A stretch of DNA of 64,000 bases from a virus. Positions 1 to 9,695 of this stretch are shown in pieces. The stretch lies in the IMG/VR virus record IMGVR_UViG_3300008952_003529, one strand, 5' to 3'. Numbering within the stretch: the stretch's first letter is position 1; each line of letters begins with the position of its first letter. The notes under the pieces are model-generated. The model did no database searches and was not told the DNA's origin. It saw only the letters and a program-made list of their open reading frames with translations. Position numbers and translations under genes: made by a program.

Positions 1-3000
1 GCAATCGACAGTATCGCCTATTTTAATTTCGCCAAAAGCCGCTGGGACTTAAAGGGTAGTATTATTGATGACTCTATACTCCCGATGCCATCGAGCCTGG
101 ACAATTACAAGTCACCCTTTATTGTTTCTTCTTCTCTTGCATTCGGGGCCACAACGGGCTTCGTTGTGAATCCAGATGCAGAGGATCCAGTCTTACCCTT
201 AATGGCGCGAGGACGACCGACTGATACTTTTGGATTTCCGTTTGATGAAAAGTGGTCACCACAGCGTGAACAGAAATTAAATTTGGCAAAATATATTTCT
301 GCTCCTTTCTTGTTAGAGAAAATGGTCATTAAGCATGACATAGAATTCTATGAGGCGGGTGATGAGGGGCTTGGATATATGATAAGGGAAAAGAAGAGTC
401 CGTCGGATGGATCTTTTCTTGCTCATTCTTCATCAAGAGCGGGAGACACTGTCCCCAATTATGCTCGCGTCGATGTGACCGTGCAACCTCCACAAGGGTC
501 GCTCTGGACCACCGCCACCGCATCCTGGCAGGATTTATTTTATGCCGGTACATCTCGTTCCGATAAACTTACATACGGTCGATTTCCCCTTATGGGAGGG
601 ATGAGAGGAAGCGGCGGCGTCGCAGCAGGGATAAGAGGCGGCTTGTTAATGCCGTCTGATGATAGCAAGTATAAGGTTGTACCCAATGTCCTTCTTCCGC
701 TTGAGGAAAACGGCGCTCCCTGGCGTCGGTTTCCAGCAGACAAATCGTTATACATTAATGCCGACATAGAAGAGATCGAACTAACAGCTGGGCAAACACC
801 TGGCGGAGCAGCATTCTGGCGTGCCGATACTTTCTTCTTACTTCGTGACACAGTGGGTCGGGTTAACCGAGTAACAGAACGAACCCCTCCAGATGCTTTC
901 TTGACCGGCGCATCGAGAGGACGATGGTGGCCACGTGGAGTGTTCGACAACGCGCAAACCACCGAAGGCTGGCCTTATTCGATTCCACAACGTTATACAG
1001 TCAACTCGGTATCTTCCGGTTCAATTCGAGAGCTTATTACCTACGCGCAAATAGCTCACTGTGGTTATGTAAGAACAGACATGAATAGTCAAGCTCTTAA
1101 GAGCGGCTCTACGTGGCAAGAAACCCATCCCCTCCGCGCCGGTGCTATGCACTACCCTCGGCAGAACAGAACGGGCACTCCATTTACAATAGCTGGTCAA
1201 GAGAGATGGGAACAACCACTAGACAATGCTGCCTGGAGCGGCGCCGCCGAAGCCTGGCGAAACTACGATTCTCGAGGGTACCCACATCATGGCCAGACCT
1301 CTGCTGAAATGGGGGACCAGCCCCCAATGTGGGCAAACATTGTGGGATACGTCCAAGACGATACCGGATACCCCGGCCCCACAATCACGCTGCAGGGATT
1401 CGAGCCAACGTGGCCGAGTCCCCACCCTTGGGATACGCAGCCGGCTACGGGTTGGTTCTCTGAAAACACGTGGGAATCTCAGTTCGTTAATGCGGTGTAT
1501 CCGTACCAGGCTCAATACCATCCCCTTGGTCTTGATGATTGTGTTGTAGGTATCCCCAATGGTCCCCAACAGTTTCCAGGAAAAGAATTTGTGGTAGATG
1601 CTACCGGCAATGCCAACTATGGCGTCCCCAGCGCCGAACACAAATGGTCTCGGGCATTTAACGGCCAGTGGCACTCGGGCAGCCGCGAAACAGGTGGGGG
1701 TTCTTTTATATCAAACCCTGTTATGTTCGTTTCAGAATCAGCTGTTCTGGCACGAGCCAATATTGATGAGGACCATGGCGCATATGATTTCGCGTTGTAT
1801 GGAGGATTTAATACTCCGGGGAAGATTACCAGAAAGACTTTACTTGATGCCGGCTTAAGACGAGATTTAACGATCCAATTAGAAGAGGGTAATCGCTTCG
1901 TAAGACTCCTCACAGCAGACCCCCACCCGGGAATGCTCGGGTGGTGTGATCTTCCTCCGTGGACTTATAGTTTGGATGGTAATATCTCATTCACGACTGT
2001 CAATTGGGAAAAGCTCCAGCCAACGTCAGCATACATCGTCGCGACCGCAAGTAGAGCAGCCTATCAATCCGGACACAATCTTCCACTTTCTCCAGATATA
2101 GCTGTCCTAAATTCTGGTACCTTCACAATTGTGTCAGACATTAAGAACAACACAAAGGGCGGCGCTATTTCAGGTCTAACATATCGTAGCGCGTTCCCAC
2201 AGCACGGCCATAAGCTGGTTTCTGGCTATGACTATATTCCCCCCGTCAACTGGCACTTCGACGGCTCAGGAGGTACCACCGACGGTTGGGATAAAGCATT
2301 TTCTCAAGTTCAAACACCATTACCAGTTATTCCTCCAAATATTCTGTGCAGCGTAAAATCCCTCACATACCCTCGAGAAGGAGGATGGACAGCTGGACTC
2401 GAAGAGCTTAGTCCTGTGAATCCCACAATGCGAAGTCTTGGAATGTCTTCAGGCAGGTCTTATATTCGTGGAGTAGTTGGGACGATCGAGACGACACAAA
2501 AAGGATGGTACGCTGCTCCAGCTAGAGATCTCACGCCTCCGACCTACTTTGACGCTGGTACCGGCCCCTATGGATGGTCCGGACCTGTTGGTGCTGCCCA
2601 CTTTACGCAACAGCACGATTTTAAAACAGCGTTTGGGGCGAACAATCAAAATTGCTTTCTCGGACAATTACTTCCTTATGCATTAGGTTATGATACCAGA
2701 AACTGGGTTACGTGTTTTCCAAACCTTGGAGAGAACTCCGTCTTCATCGGCAACAATGAGGCAGGAGTACAAAATGCTCCAACATTTTCTGCGAATCATC
2801 CACCATTTTGTCTGGGGATAATGCAGCAACTGTCATCTTCATACTCAAGGGAGTACGTCTATAACTCTCCATATCTCCTGTTTCCCAGCGATGATCTGGT
2901 TTTTGGTTTTCAACCTGCCATTGGGGGCGGAAACGAAGGCGCTCCAAGAGCAATCAACACGCCTTCAGGTCCGTTTAGTCTGTCAGATGGAGACGGTTAT

Positions 3001-4650
3001 CAGGGGGTACAGTCAAACAATTATAGAGATGGTACTTGTAACGTCCACGAACCTGTTGTTATCAACAACAACTCTTCTTTCGGTGATCCATTCCCCGTGC
3101 TCGTAGACCCAAAAGGGACGGGCGGCCCTCCAAGACGTGCAGATTTGGGCGACCTGTGTGGAAACAAAGGTTATCAGTGCTCAGGCGGCGTAAACTCGTA
3201 TAAAGACCTCTCAATGGCCTATCTTGCTGGAAATAATAGAAGCTCACTTTCTGAACAGTTACGCCAGACTATCTTGAAGGGTGGTGACGCAAAGCTTATA
3301 CTCTACGGAACACTGCTAAGAAATCAAAGACCGCTTCCCGCTGAGTTGAATCAGCAGCTTGTAACAAATGCTGTCCATGAAGCTTTACATTATGATAACC
3401 CCGTGCTTGATCAATTTCAGGTACAACAAGAATCAGAATATAAATCCTCTTATTTGACACAATATATTACAGGAAGCCTACAAAGAAGGCCACATCAGCG
3501 AGGTGTTGTAGGAACGTCTTGGGACGGTACCCTTAGCTATAATGCATCATTTAACAGGTTCGTTACACTTACTGATGAAAGTGAAGTATATTGGGATTCA
3601 TTATTACCTGATCCATTCGGAATATGGGATAAGGACGGTGTAGTATTGTCTGACATGGTGGTGGATGATGAAGGCCAAGGCCTCGCCGAGGATGTCAATA
3701 AGCTGGGCGGCATTTACATTTTCGCACTGGGCTCTTATTACAGCAGCCCGAACTGGAACCCCGCTGCCGAGGCCATCAATTTTGTGTGGAACAGGGCTTT
3801 TCCGTTTGAGGCAAGATATTCGGAAGTCTTACGCTCATTGGTAGATCCAGCCGCGGAATTTGGGATTGCTAGACGAGCATACGCCCTTGGTGGATACCCT
3901 ACATTCACACCAAAACGCGTCGCTTGGCCACTAAATCGTGATAATGGTCGTCCCGGTGTAGTGGTTGGTAACTCGCATCAAACAACATGGGCTATGAATG
4001 GTGAAATACACCCGCTTGGTATAGGTAATGTTGATGCCCCATGGGTCACAAAGCAAGCTAGAACAACCCCCTCCATTGGAAACGCTGCATATCTCTTTGG
4101 GTTTTGTAGAACTCAAGGGTTGTATGGCGATCCAGACTCACAGTATAGTGGGACGTCCCCTTATAGCGATACTACCCCACCGCAATATGGCGGTATGTAT
4201 TATATCGAGGACGGAGTGACTTATTTACCACTCACTGATATCGAGCCCCGACCCGGGCGATGGGACCATCCAGAAGGTGTAAAGTACGGATTGAAGAATT
4301 ATGTGTGGCAATCGACAGCGGGAGTTTTCCGGTCGGATCGCTACGGACAATTACGAGACATGCTAGAACAAAGAAGGTACACCAAGGTTTTCCATCGAGG
4401 CGATGATGATATCGACCGCGGTGAAAAAGACGCCGCAGTCTCTTGTATCTTTGTCGATAGCGATGGAAATCCAGTCGATGATCCAACGACAACGCAATGC
4501 TTGAACATCAGTACATTTATGACTTCTTCTATTCCTTATTTTGAGGGCATCTCTCAGAGAGTAATTCCGCCATCTCAATTTATATCGATAAGCATTAATG
4601 ATGCCTCGGCGGTAAGCTTAAGAACAACGCCTACGAGATCAAGCCGATAA
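1..4650 (+). CDS. Very large virion protein, probably a baseplate component; 5'-truncated by the window
   Basis: Frame 1 is open from base 1 (AIDSIAYFNFAKSRWDLKG...) through the track's ATG at 85 to TAA 4648-4650, so the true start lies upstream. Gly/Pro/Trp-rich, no enzyme motifs, followed by fibre/baseplate genes. Function inferred from context only. Confidence 0.55.
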   Translation, partial: AIDSIAYFNFAKSRWDLKGSIIDDSILPMPSSLDNYKSPFIVSSSLAFGATTGFVVNPDAEDPVLPLMARGRPTDTFGFPFDEKWSPQREQKLNLAKYISAPFLLEKMVIKHDIEFYEAGDEGLGYMIREKKSPSDGSFLAHSSSRAGDTVPNYARVDVTVQPPQGSLWTTATASWQDLFYAGTSRSDKLTYGRFPLMGGMRGSGGVAAGIRGGLLMPSDDSKYKVVPNVLLPLEENGAPWRRFPADKSLYINADIEEIELTAGQTPGGAAFWRADTFFLLRDTVGRVNRVTERTPPDAFLTGASRGRWWPRGVFDNAQTTEGWPYSIPQRYTVNSVSSGSIRELITYAQIAHCGYVRTDMNSQALKSGSTWQETHPLRAGAMHYPRQNRTGTPFTIAGQERWEQPLDNAAWSGAAEAWRNYDSRGYPHHGQTSAEMGDQPPMWANIVGYVQDDTGYPGPTITLQGFEPTWPSPHPWDTQPATGWFSENTWESQFVNAVYPYQAQYHPLGLDDCVVGIPNGPQQFPGKEFVVDATGNANYGVPSAEHKWSRAFNGQWHSGSRETGGGSFISNPVMFVSESAVLARANIDEDHGAYDFALYGGFNTPGKITRKTLLDAGLRRDLTIQLEEGNRFVRLLTADPHPGMLGWCDLPPWTYSLDGNISFTTVNWEKLQPTSAYIVATASRAAYQSGHNLPLSPDIAVLNSGTFTIVSDIKNNTKGGAISGLTYRSAFPQHGHKLVSGYDYIPPVNWHFDGSGGTTDGWDKAFSQVQTPLPVIPPNILCSVKSLTYPREGGWTAGLEELSPVNPTMRSLGMSSGRSYIRGVVGTIETTQKGWYAAPARDLTPPTYFDAGTGPYGWSGPVGAAHFTQQHDFKTAFGANNQNCFLGQLLPYALGYDTRNWVTCFPNLGENSVFIGNNEAGVQNAPTFSANHPPFCLGIMQQLSSSYSREYVYNSPYLLFPSDDLVFGFQPAIGGGNEGAPRAINTPSGPFSLSDGDGYQGVQSNNYRDGTCNVHEPVVINNNSSFGDPFPVLVDPKGTGGPPRRADLGDLCGNKGYQCSGGVNSYKDLSMAYLAGNNRSSLSEQLRQTILKGGDAKLILYGTLLRNQRPLPAELNQQLVTNAVHEALHYDNPVLDQFQVQQESEYKSSYLTQYITGSLQRRPHQRGVVGTSWDGTLSYNASFNRFVTLTDESEVYWDSLLPDPFGIWDKDGVVLSDMVVDDEGQGLAEDVNKLGGIYIFALGSYYSSPNWNPAAEAINFVWNRAFPFEARYSEVLRSLVDPAAEFGIARRAYALGGYPTFTPKRVAWPLNRDNGRPGVVVGNSHQTTWAMNGEIHPLGIGNVDAPWVTKQARTTPSIGNAAYLFGFCRTQGLYGDPDSQYSGTSPYSDTTPPQYGGMYYIEDGVTYLPLTDIEPRPGRWDHPEGVKYGLKNYVWQSTAGVFRSDRYGQLRDMLEQRRYTKVFHRGDDDIDRGEKDAAVSCIFVDSDGNPVDDPTTTQCLNISTFMTSSIPYFEGISQRVIPPSQFISISINDASAVSLRTTPTRSSR

Positions 4651-4698
4651 TTTTTTAGTCACCCTCGGCCCACCGTTTCCATCTTACGCGAGAGATGA

Positions 4699-4706
4699 AT
4701 AGTTAA
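4699..4706 (+). promoter_or_regulatory. Candidate late promoter motif ATAGTTAA
   Basis: ATA-N-TTA in the intergenic gap, 29 nt before the TTG start; SD AGGAGGA at 4714-4720. Confidence 0.55.
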
Positions 4707-4727
4707 GAAGGCCAGGAGGAATCTTAA

Positions 4728-7700
4728 TTGCCGCGCGAGTCAAAGAGCGATCTAAGAAAATCTGATTTTTTGATTATTAGATCAAAAACAGACGGTTCTA
4801 TTGTGAAAATCGTGTCACCCCAGCATTTCCAGGTGGGGTTTGATGATGCTGATTTTGAGCGTGTTGTTTTGGTCAATGGCACGGTCAAATCAACAATGGG
4901 TGTTTATTCCCCGGCATTCTCTGGGTCGTTACAAACGTTGATGGATGGTACATCTTATCTACGTGAGGGTAACAACGTATCAATCACCTCTGGCTCTGAT
5001 GGATCAATTACGATAGCCGCAGGCACGGCTGGCATTGCACACTCTTTAACAGGTGGCGGCGCATCAAAGGGAATAAAAGCTTTTGATTACGATGGCACTT
5101 CGGCTAAAGAGGTTGAAGTTGATTTAGATACTATCAATGGTGGCCTTGGCTTTTCTAAGTGGGGTCTGGCTGTGATACCCTCTAAGGCCAACTCTATTCT
5201 TGATTCCGAAGATCTTTCTCAATCAGATCTATTGGTTATTGAAGATGTCACCGACGCCGATGAGGGTGTTAAGAAAATTACGGTGGGTGACTTAATGTCT
5301 GCCGCCACTACAGGGGTGCTTAGTAACGCTATAACGTTTGGTAACGGAATATACGATTCTGCGAACGCGGCAGCTTCGTACAACAATAGCGCTGCAGCAA
5401 CGATAGCAGTTGATCTTCAGACAGACCCAGGTTTATCATTTAGCCAACAAAAATTAGGGGTGCTATTAAATGGAGCCACGATAAGCAACGGTGCGTCAGG
5501 CTTGAGCGTTGCGAGTGTCCCCAGCGCAGTGACTTGGGGTGTAGGACTTTTATCCACCGTAGGCAATTCATTTGATGGTTCTGCCGCCACAACAGTATCA
5601 ATTGATACAGGAATAATACCTGCCCTCGGAACGCCAAACACATTTACGGGTGTCAATACATTCTCTTCTCTAGCTGGTGGCGGAATTATTGGCTCGATAC
5701 AAGAGGTATCACCCGGTACTGACTATCTGGTTGGTGGTAGTAATGTTACAATTACAAAAGACCTTCCCGGAGCCGGCCAGATAACGATAGCTGCTTCCAT
5801 GGGAACGGGCGGCGATCTGACTCAAGGTTCTGGAATCCAGACCTTTCTCTATAATGGAACAGCCCCTGCAACAGTGGCCTTAGATGCTACATCCCTAGCA
5901 GTGTCAGGTGATAGAACGTCATATGTTTTTCTTTCTGATGGAGGAACCACAATAACTAAGCGCACTGTGGCAACCCTAGTGGATCTAGCAGATAGAACTG
6001 CTCTAGTTGCTTCAAAGGTAGGTGGGGGAATAACTGTTGAGTTCCCCGGGTCAACTGTTCCAGCACAATTTTCTATTGATAGTGATGGAACAACACTCCA
6101 GGTTGGCAGCAGTGGATTAGAAGTTAAAAAGGTTCCGTATAACTTAACTCAAACAACTGGGATCGCGACATTTTCATTTAATGGATCGTCTGCGCAGACT
6201 GTGGGTATCGACACCGGTGTGGTACCCCGGAAGGGTGTCGATAATACCTGGACGGGTCAAAATACATTCGGTGTATCCACCACCGCTGGTTTGACGGGTT
6301 CTCTCCAAGAAGTGACCGCCGGCGTGCCCTATCTCGCAACCGGCACAGGCATGAGTATTACTACATCATCAAATGGCCAGGTTGTTATTTCTACAAACGG
6401 AGAAGAAGTAACAGGTATAACGGCTGGTGATGGATTGTCTGGGACCCGTACAGGAGGTGATGTAACGTTAGCTGTTGATTTAGCGCCCCACCCGGGTCTT
6501 GAATTTAGCACTGGAAAGCTAAAGGTAGATCTCGACGGTAACACACTTTCATTAGGGATCTCTGGGATATCTGTCGCAAGTCTTCCCTCGGCATTATCAC
6601 AAGATGTAGGTATTAATACATTTTCGTTTGACGGCTCAACAGCTAGAACGGTTGGTATCGACACTGCAATCGTTCCACGAAAAAATGTTGACAATACATG
6701 GTCAGGAAAAAATACATTCGGCGTATCCGCTACAGCTGGATTAACAGGCTCTCTACAGGAGGTGACTAATGGAGTGCCCTATCTATTGGCATCCACAGGG
6801 GTCACCATAACCACCGCATCGAACGGCCAAATTACCATCTCTGCTACAGGCACAGGAGGAACAATCACTGGCTTGACCGCAGGTGACGGATTGTCAGGCG
6901 GTGGTAGCTCTGGGAACGTAACAGTGGATATTGATCTTGCTACGGACCCCGGACTTCAATTCACAACTGGGAAACTAGATGCGAAGCTTAACCCTAATGA
7001 TACGATAAGAAAAGATGCCGATGGTCTTGCAGTCAATAAAGTACCGTATGATTTGACCCAAGGCGCAGGAATCAGCTCGTTTGGATTCGATGGTAGCTCT
7101 GGTGGACAAGTTGTTTCAATCGATCAAACCCAAGTTCCAATGCTTGCAAACGACAATACGTGGACAGGCGATAATATATTCTCGGTTGGTTTATCCGGTT
7201 CGTTACAAATGCTAAGCGATGGCAATACGAAGTACATGGCAGGAATCGGTGGTATTAAGATTTCTACGTCATCATTAGGACAAATTTTAGTATCGGGTAG
7301 CGAGGGTAAGATTTATACCGCCGGCCTCGGCTTAGATCTCGCTACAGATCAATTTTCGGTTGATAATGCCATTGTCGCTACCTTGACAGGGTCGCAATTT
7401 AGCGGTGACGTTGGGATTACCGGTTCTTTGGGCGTCGAGGCAAATGCAATTTTCAAGACAGGGTTGTCTGGTTCTCTTCAAATGTTGTCGGATGGTACGA
7501 CGGAGTATCTAGCTGGAATCGGCGGAATAGCTATTACAACTGCCTCAAATGGTCAAATAACGATTAGCGGTAGTGTGGGGCGTGTGTATACGTCAGGGGT
7601 CGGCCTAAGCTTGGAGGAAGATCAGTTCTTTGTAGATAATTCTATTGTAGCAACATTAACTGGGTCTGTTTTTAGTGGAGACCTCATCGCACAAACAGGA

Positions 7701-9692
7701 TTGTCTGGTTCTCTTCAAATGTTGTCAGATGGAACGACGAAATATCTCGCGGCTGGTTCTGGAATAACAATCTTGACGGCGTCAAATGGTCAAGTAACAA
7801 TAGCTACCACTGGTGTGTCGGGCTTGAGCAGCGTTTCTCAAGCTGGGGGCTCTTCATTTTCTGATATTACAGCTGTGGTCTTCACAGGAAGTCTTGTGAC
7901 TGAGCCCACCTCGGGTACTGCACAGATAACACCCGTGATTGGTGCCCCAGAGGATGGAGATTATACCGATGGCCTCTTTACTGATTTTTCTTATGGAACT
8001 AACATTGGTACTGCGATCGATAGGTTCAACGAGGTCCTGAAGGGACTGGCTCCACCCGCTGCACCAATACTGGATGATATGAACTGTTCGGACTCTGGGG
8101 CTACTGCAAATCTGTCTTTCGGCTCGTCACAATCTATATCTGGGTATACAAATGCTCAACCTTCTACTCTAACCCCGAGTAGTGGACTATCAGACACCAA
8201 TATAAATGGCACCTATAATTCTGACACCGCCAGCAATGATCTTCAAGTTGCGTGCTTTCAATCGACCATTATAAATGGTACACTAAATGCTGACATTCCC
8301 GCTGACGGAGTTAATTACAGCGCTGATTCATTCGGGAATGCTGATCAGGGAACATTAAAGCTATATGTGAATGATAATGTAACCCCTGTCCATTCTGTCG
8401 ATTTAAGTACATTCGGCTCTGGTAATTCGTTAAATGGGAATGGAACAGGATTTAATCTAACTGCAAAAACAGCTGGTCACTTTGCTGATGGAAGTAATTT
8501 TGAAACATTCCAGCACAGACAAGGAACCTACACCATCGCTGCCGGTGTTGAGATATCAGATGACCAGCGGAACGGGTGGAATTGGGCAAGAGTAGTACAT
8601 ACAATATCCGATGTGGATACAACGTGCAATTATGTCGAGTGGGTGAACGACACCACTGATAATGTAACGTATCCACTTTCATCAACTGGAGCGTCTTTTG
8701 GAGCACTATCGATGACAGGGACTGAATATTTGTCAGGTGTGAAGTACTACACAGGTGGGTCTGCGACATATAGCGTAACGGTGGATAACGCTTATAGGAA
8801 CGTATACTCAAATAGCTTTATAACATTTAACGGCACAAATTGTGGAAATGAGACGCAGGCCTTTGACCCAATAGATTGGTCAGGTGGTGAAAATGAGTCA
8901 AAACAAATGAGTCTAAGTCAATTGATGACGATTAATGTAAGCAGTATCTTAGATGGACCAATATCCACTAGCGTTACCGTACCCCATCCGCTAAGGGCAA
9001 ATCTTTCAAGCGCGTCTTCTCAATCTCACAATAACATTCTTTTGTACAACCGAAGTGATAATTCAACTGATACATACGAGTCATTTCGCGGAGAAAGTAG
9101 AAGAGTGAAGTCTGGTAGCTATGTTGATCAAGCAGCCGTAACAGCAGGCGGAAACGTATGGGTATCTACAACAGCGTTGACCACGGTTGACGGATTGATG
9201 TTCTATGACCAGAAGCTTGTTGGTCCAGATGAAGGTGCAAACGGATCCGATTTTAGCAGTGTTGCAAATGGACCCGCCGGGAATGTAGATTATAGTGGGA
9301 TAACCTCTGGGCTAAGAACATTTTATAGATGGTTTCGAAACCCAACTGCTGGAAGTGATAGGACGGGTTTTGATTTAGAGATTAATGGAGCCGGAACAAT
9401 CGTGACACAACCCACTGCGTTAACTGGAAACAGAATTCATGTGCTATGTAAGCTTCCCACCGGCTCCGCGGGTGAAACTGGATGGATGGATCTTGCGATT
9501 GGATTTTCTACAGGGCAAACGTCGGACGGCGACGGATGCTATTCGGGGGCGTTCGACTCTAGTTTATCTGCAACTAACACTGCAACTTTCGGCACACAAA
9601 CAGTTGCAGCTGGTGAATATGTAATGGTAAAGGTCGAGGCCGATGCATCATGGACAGGAAATATATCATCGATGACGGTAGCGTGGAGCTAG
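4728..9692 (+). CDS. Tail-fibre-like repeat protein (1654 aa)
   Basis: TTG start 7 nt after AGGAGGA. Gly/Ser/Thr-rich, with seven G-S-L/I-Q...YL..G..I.I...NGQI.I type repeats and ~150-aa modules, then a non-repetitive C-terminal region from IGAPEDGDYTDGLF onward. Confidence 0.65.
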   Translation: MPRESKSDLRKSDFLIIRSKTDGSIVKIVSPQHFQVGFDDADFERVVLVNGTVKSTMGVYSPAFSGSLQTLMDGTSYLREGNNVSITSGSDGSITIAAGTAGIAHSLTGGGASKGIKAFDYDGTSAKEVEVDLDTINGGLGFSKWGLAVIPSKANSILDSEDLSQSDLLVIEDVTDADEGVKKITVGDLMSAATTGVLSNAITFGNGIYDSANAAASYNNSAAATIAVDLQTDPGLSFSQQKLGVLLNGATISNGASGLSVASVPSAVTWGVGLLSTVGNSFDGSAATTVSIDTGIIPALGTPNTFTGVNTFSSLAGGGIIGSIQEVSPGTDYLVGGSNVTITKDLPGAGQITIAASMGTGGDLTQGSGIQTFLYNGTAPATVALDATSLAVSGDRTSYVFLSDGGTTITKRTVATLVDLADRTALVASKVGGGITVEFPGSTVPAQFSIDSDGTTLQVGSSGLEVKKVPYNLTQTTGIATFSFNGSSAQTVGIDTGVVPRKGVDNTWTGQNTFGVSTTAGLTGSLQEVTAGVPYLATGTGMSITTSSNGQVVISTNGEEVTGITAGDGLSGTRTGGDVTLAVDLAPHPGLEFSTGKLKVDLDGNTLSLGISGISVASLPSALSQDVGINTFSFDGSTARTVGIDTAIVPRKNVDNTWSGKNTFGVSATAGLTGSLQEVTNGVPYLLASTGVTITTASNGQITISATGTGGTITGLTAGDGLSGGGSSGNVTVDIDLATDPGLQFTTGKLDAKLNPNDTIRKDADGLAVNKVPYDLTQGAGISSFGFDGSSGGQVVSIDQTQVPMLANDNTWTGDNIFSVGLSGSLQMLSDGNTKYMAGIGGIKISTSSLGQILVSGSEGKIYTAGLGLDLATDQFSVDNAIVATLTGSQFSGDVGITGSLGVEANAIFKTGLSGSLQMLSDGTTEYLAGIGGIAITTASNGQITISGSVGRVYTSGVGLSLEEDQFFVDNSIVATLTGSVFSGDLIAQTGLSGSLQMLSDGTTKYLAAGSGITILTASNGQVTIATTGVSGLSSVSQAGGSSFSDITAVVFTGSLVTEPTSGTAQITPVIGAPEDGDYTDGLFTDFSYGTNIGTAIDRFNEVLKGLAPPAAPILDDMNCSDSGATANLSFGSSQSISGYTNAQPSTLTPSSGLSDTNINGTYNSDTASNDLQVACFQSTIINGTLNADIPADGVNYSADSFGNADQGTLKLYVNDNVTPVHSVDLSTFGSGNSLNGNGTGFNLTAKTAGHFADGSNFETFQHRQGTYTIAAGVEISDDQRNGWNWARVVHTISDVDTTCNYVEWVNDTTDNVTYPLSSTGASFGALSMTGTEYLSGVKYYTGGSATYSVTVDNAYRNVYSNSFITFNGTNCGNETQAFDPIDWSGGENESKQMSLSQLMTINVSSILDGPISTSVTVPHPLRANLSSASSQSHNNILLYNRSDNSTDTYESFRGESRRVKSGSYVDQAAVTAGGNVWVSTTALTTVDGLMFYDQKLVGPDEGANGSDFSSVANGPAGNVDYSGITSGLRTFYRWFRNPTAGSDRTGFDLEINGAGTIVTQPTALTGNRIHVLCKLPTGSAGETGWMDLAIGFSTGQTSDGDGCYSGAFDSSLSATNTATFGTQTVAAGEYVMVKVEADASWTGNISSMTVAWS
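6171..7250 (+). repeat. Three tandem ~150-aa protein modules in the fibre gene
   Basis: Modules start at 6171 (FSFNGSSAQTVGIDTGVVPRKGVDNTWTG), 6621 (FSFDGSTARTVGIDTAIVPRKNVDNTWSG) and 7080 (FGFDGSSGGQVVSIDQTQVPMLANDNTWTG); spacings 450 and 459 nt. Confidence 0.85.
7464..7726 (+). repeat. 26-nt exact direct repeat TTGTCTGGTTCTCTTCAAATGTTGTC
   Basis: Identical at 7464-7489 and 7701-7726, both encoding LSGSLQML in frame. Confidence 0.9.
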
Positions 9693-9695
9693 ATA

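Noticed and set aside
7455-7800. Near-identical repeat pair whose first few mismatches have A in the second copy, suggesting a DGR template/variable pair.
   Set aside because: Further mismatches are not adenine-specific and many are synonymous third positions; both copies are in frame mid-gene; no reverse transcriptase in the window.
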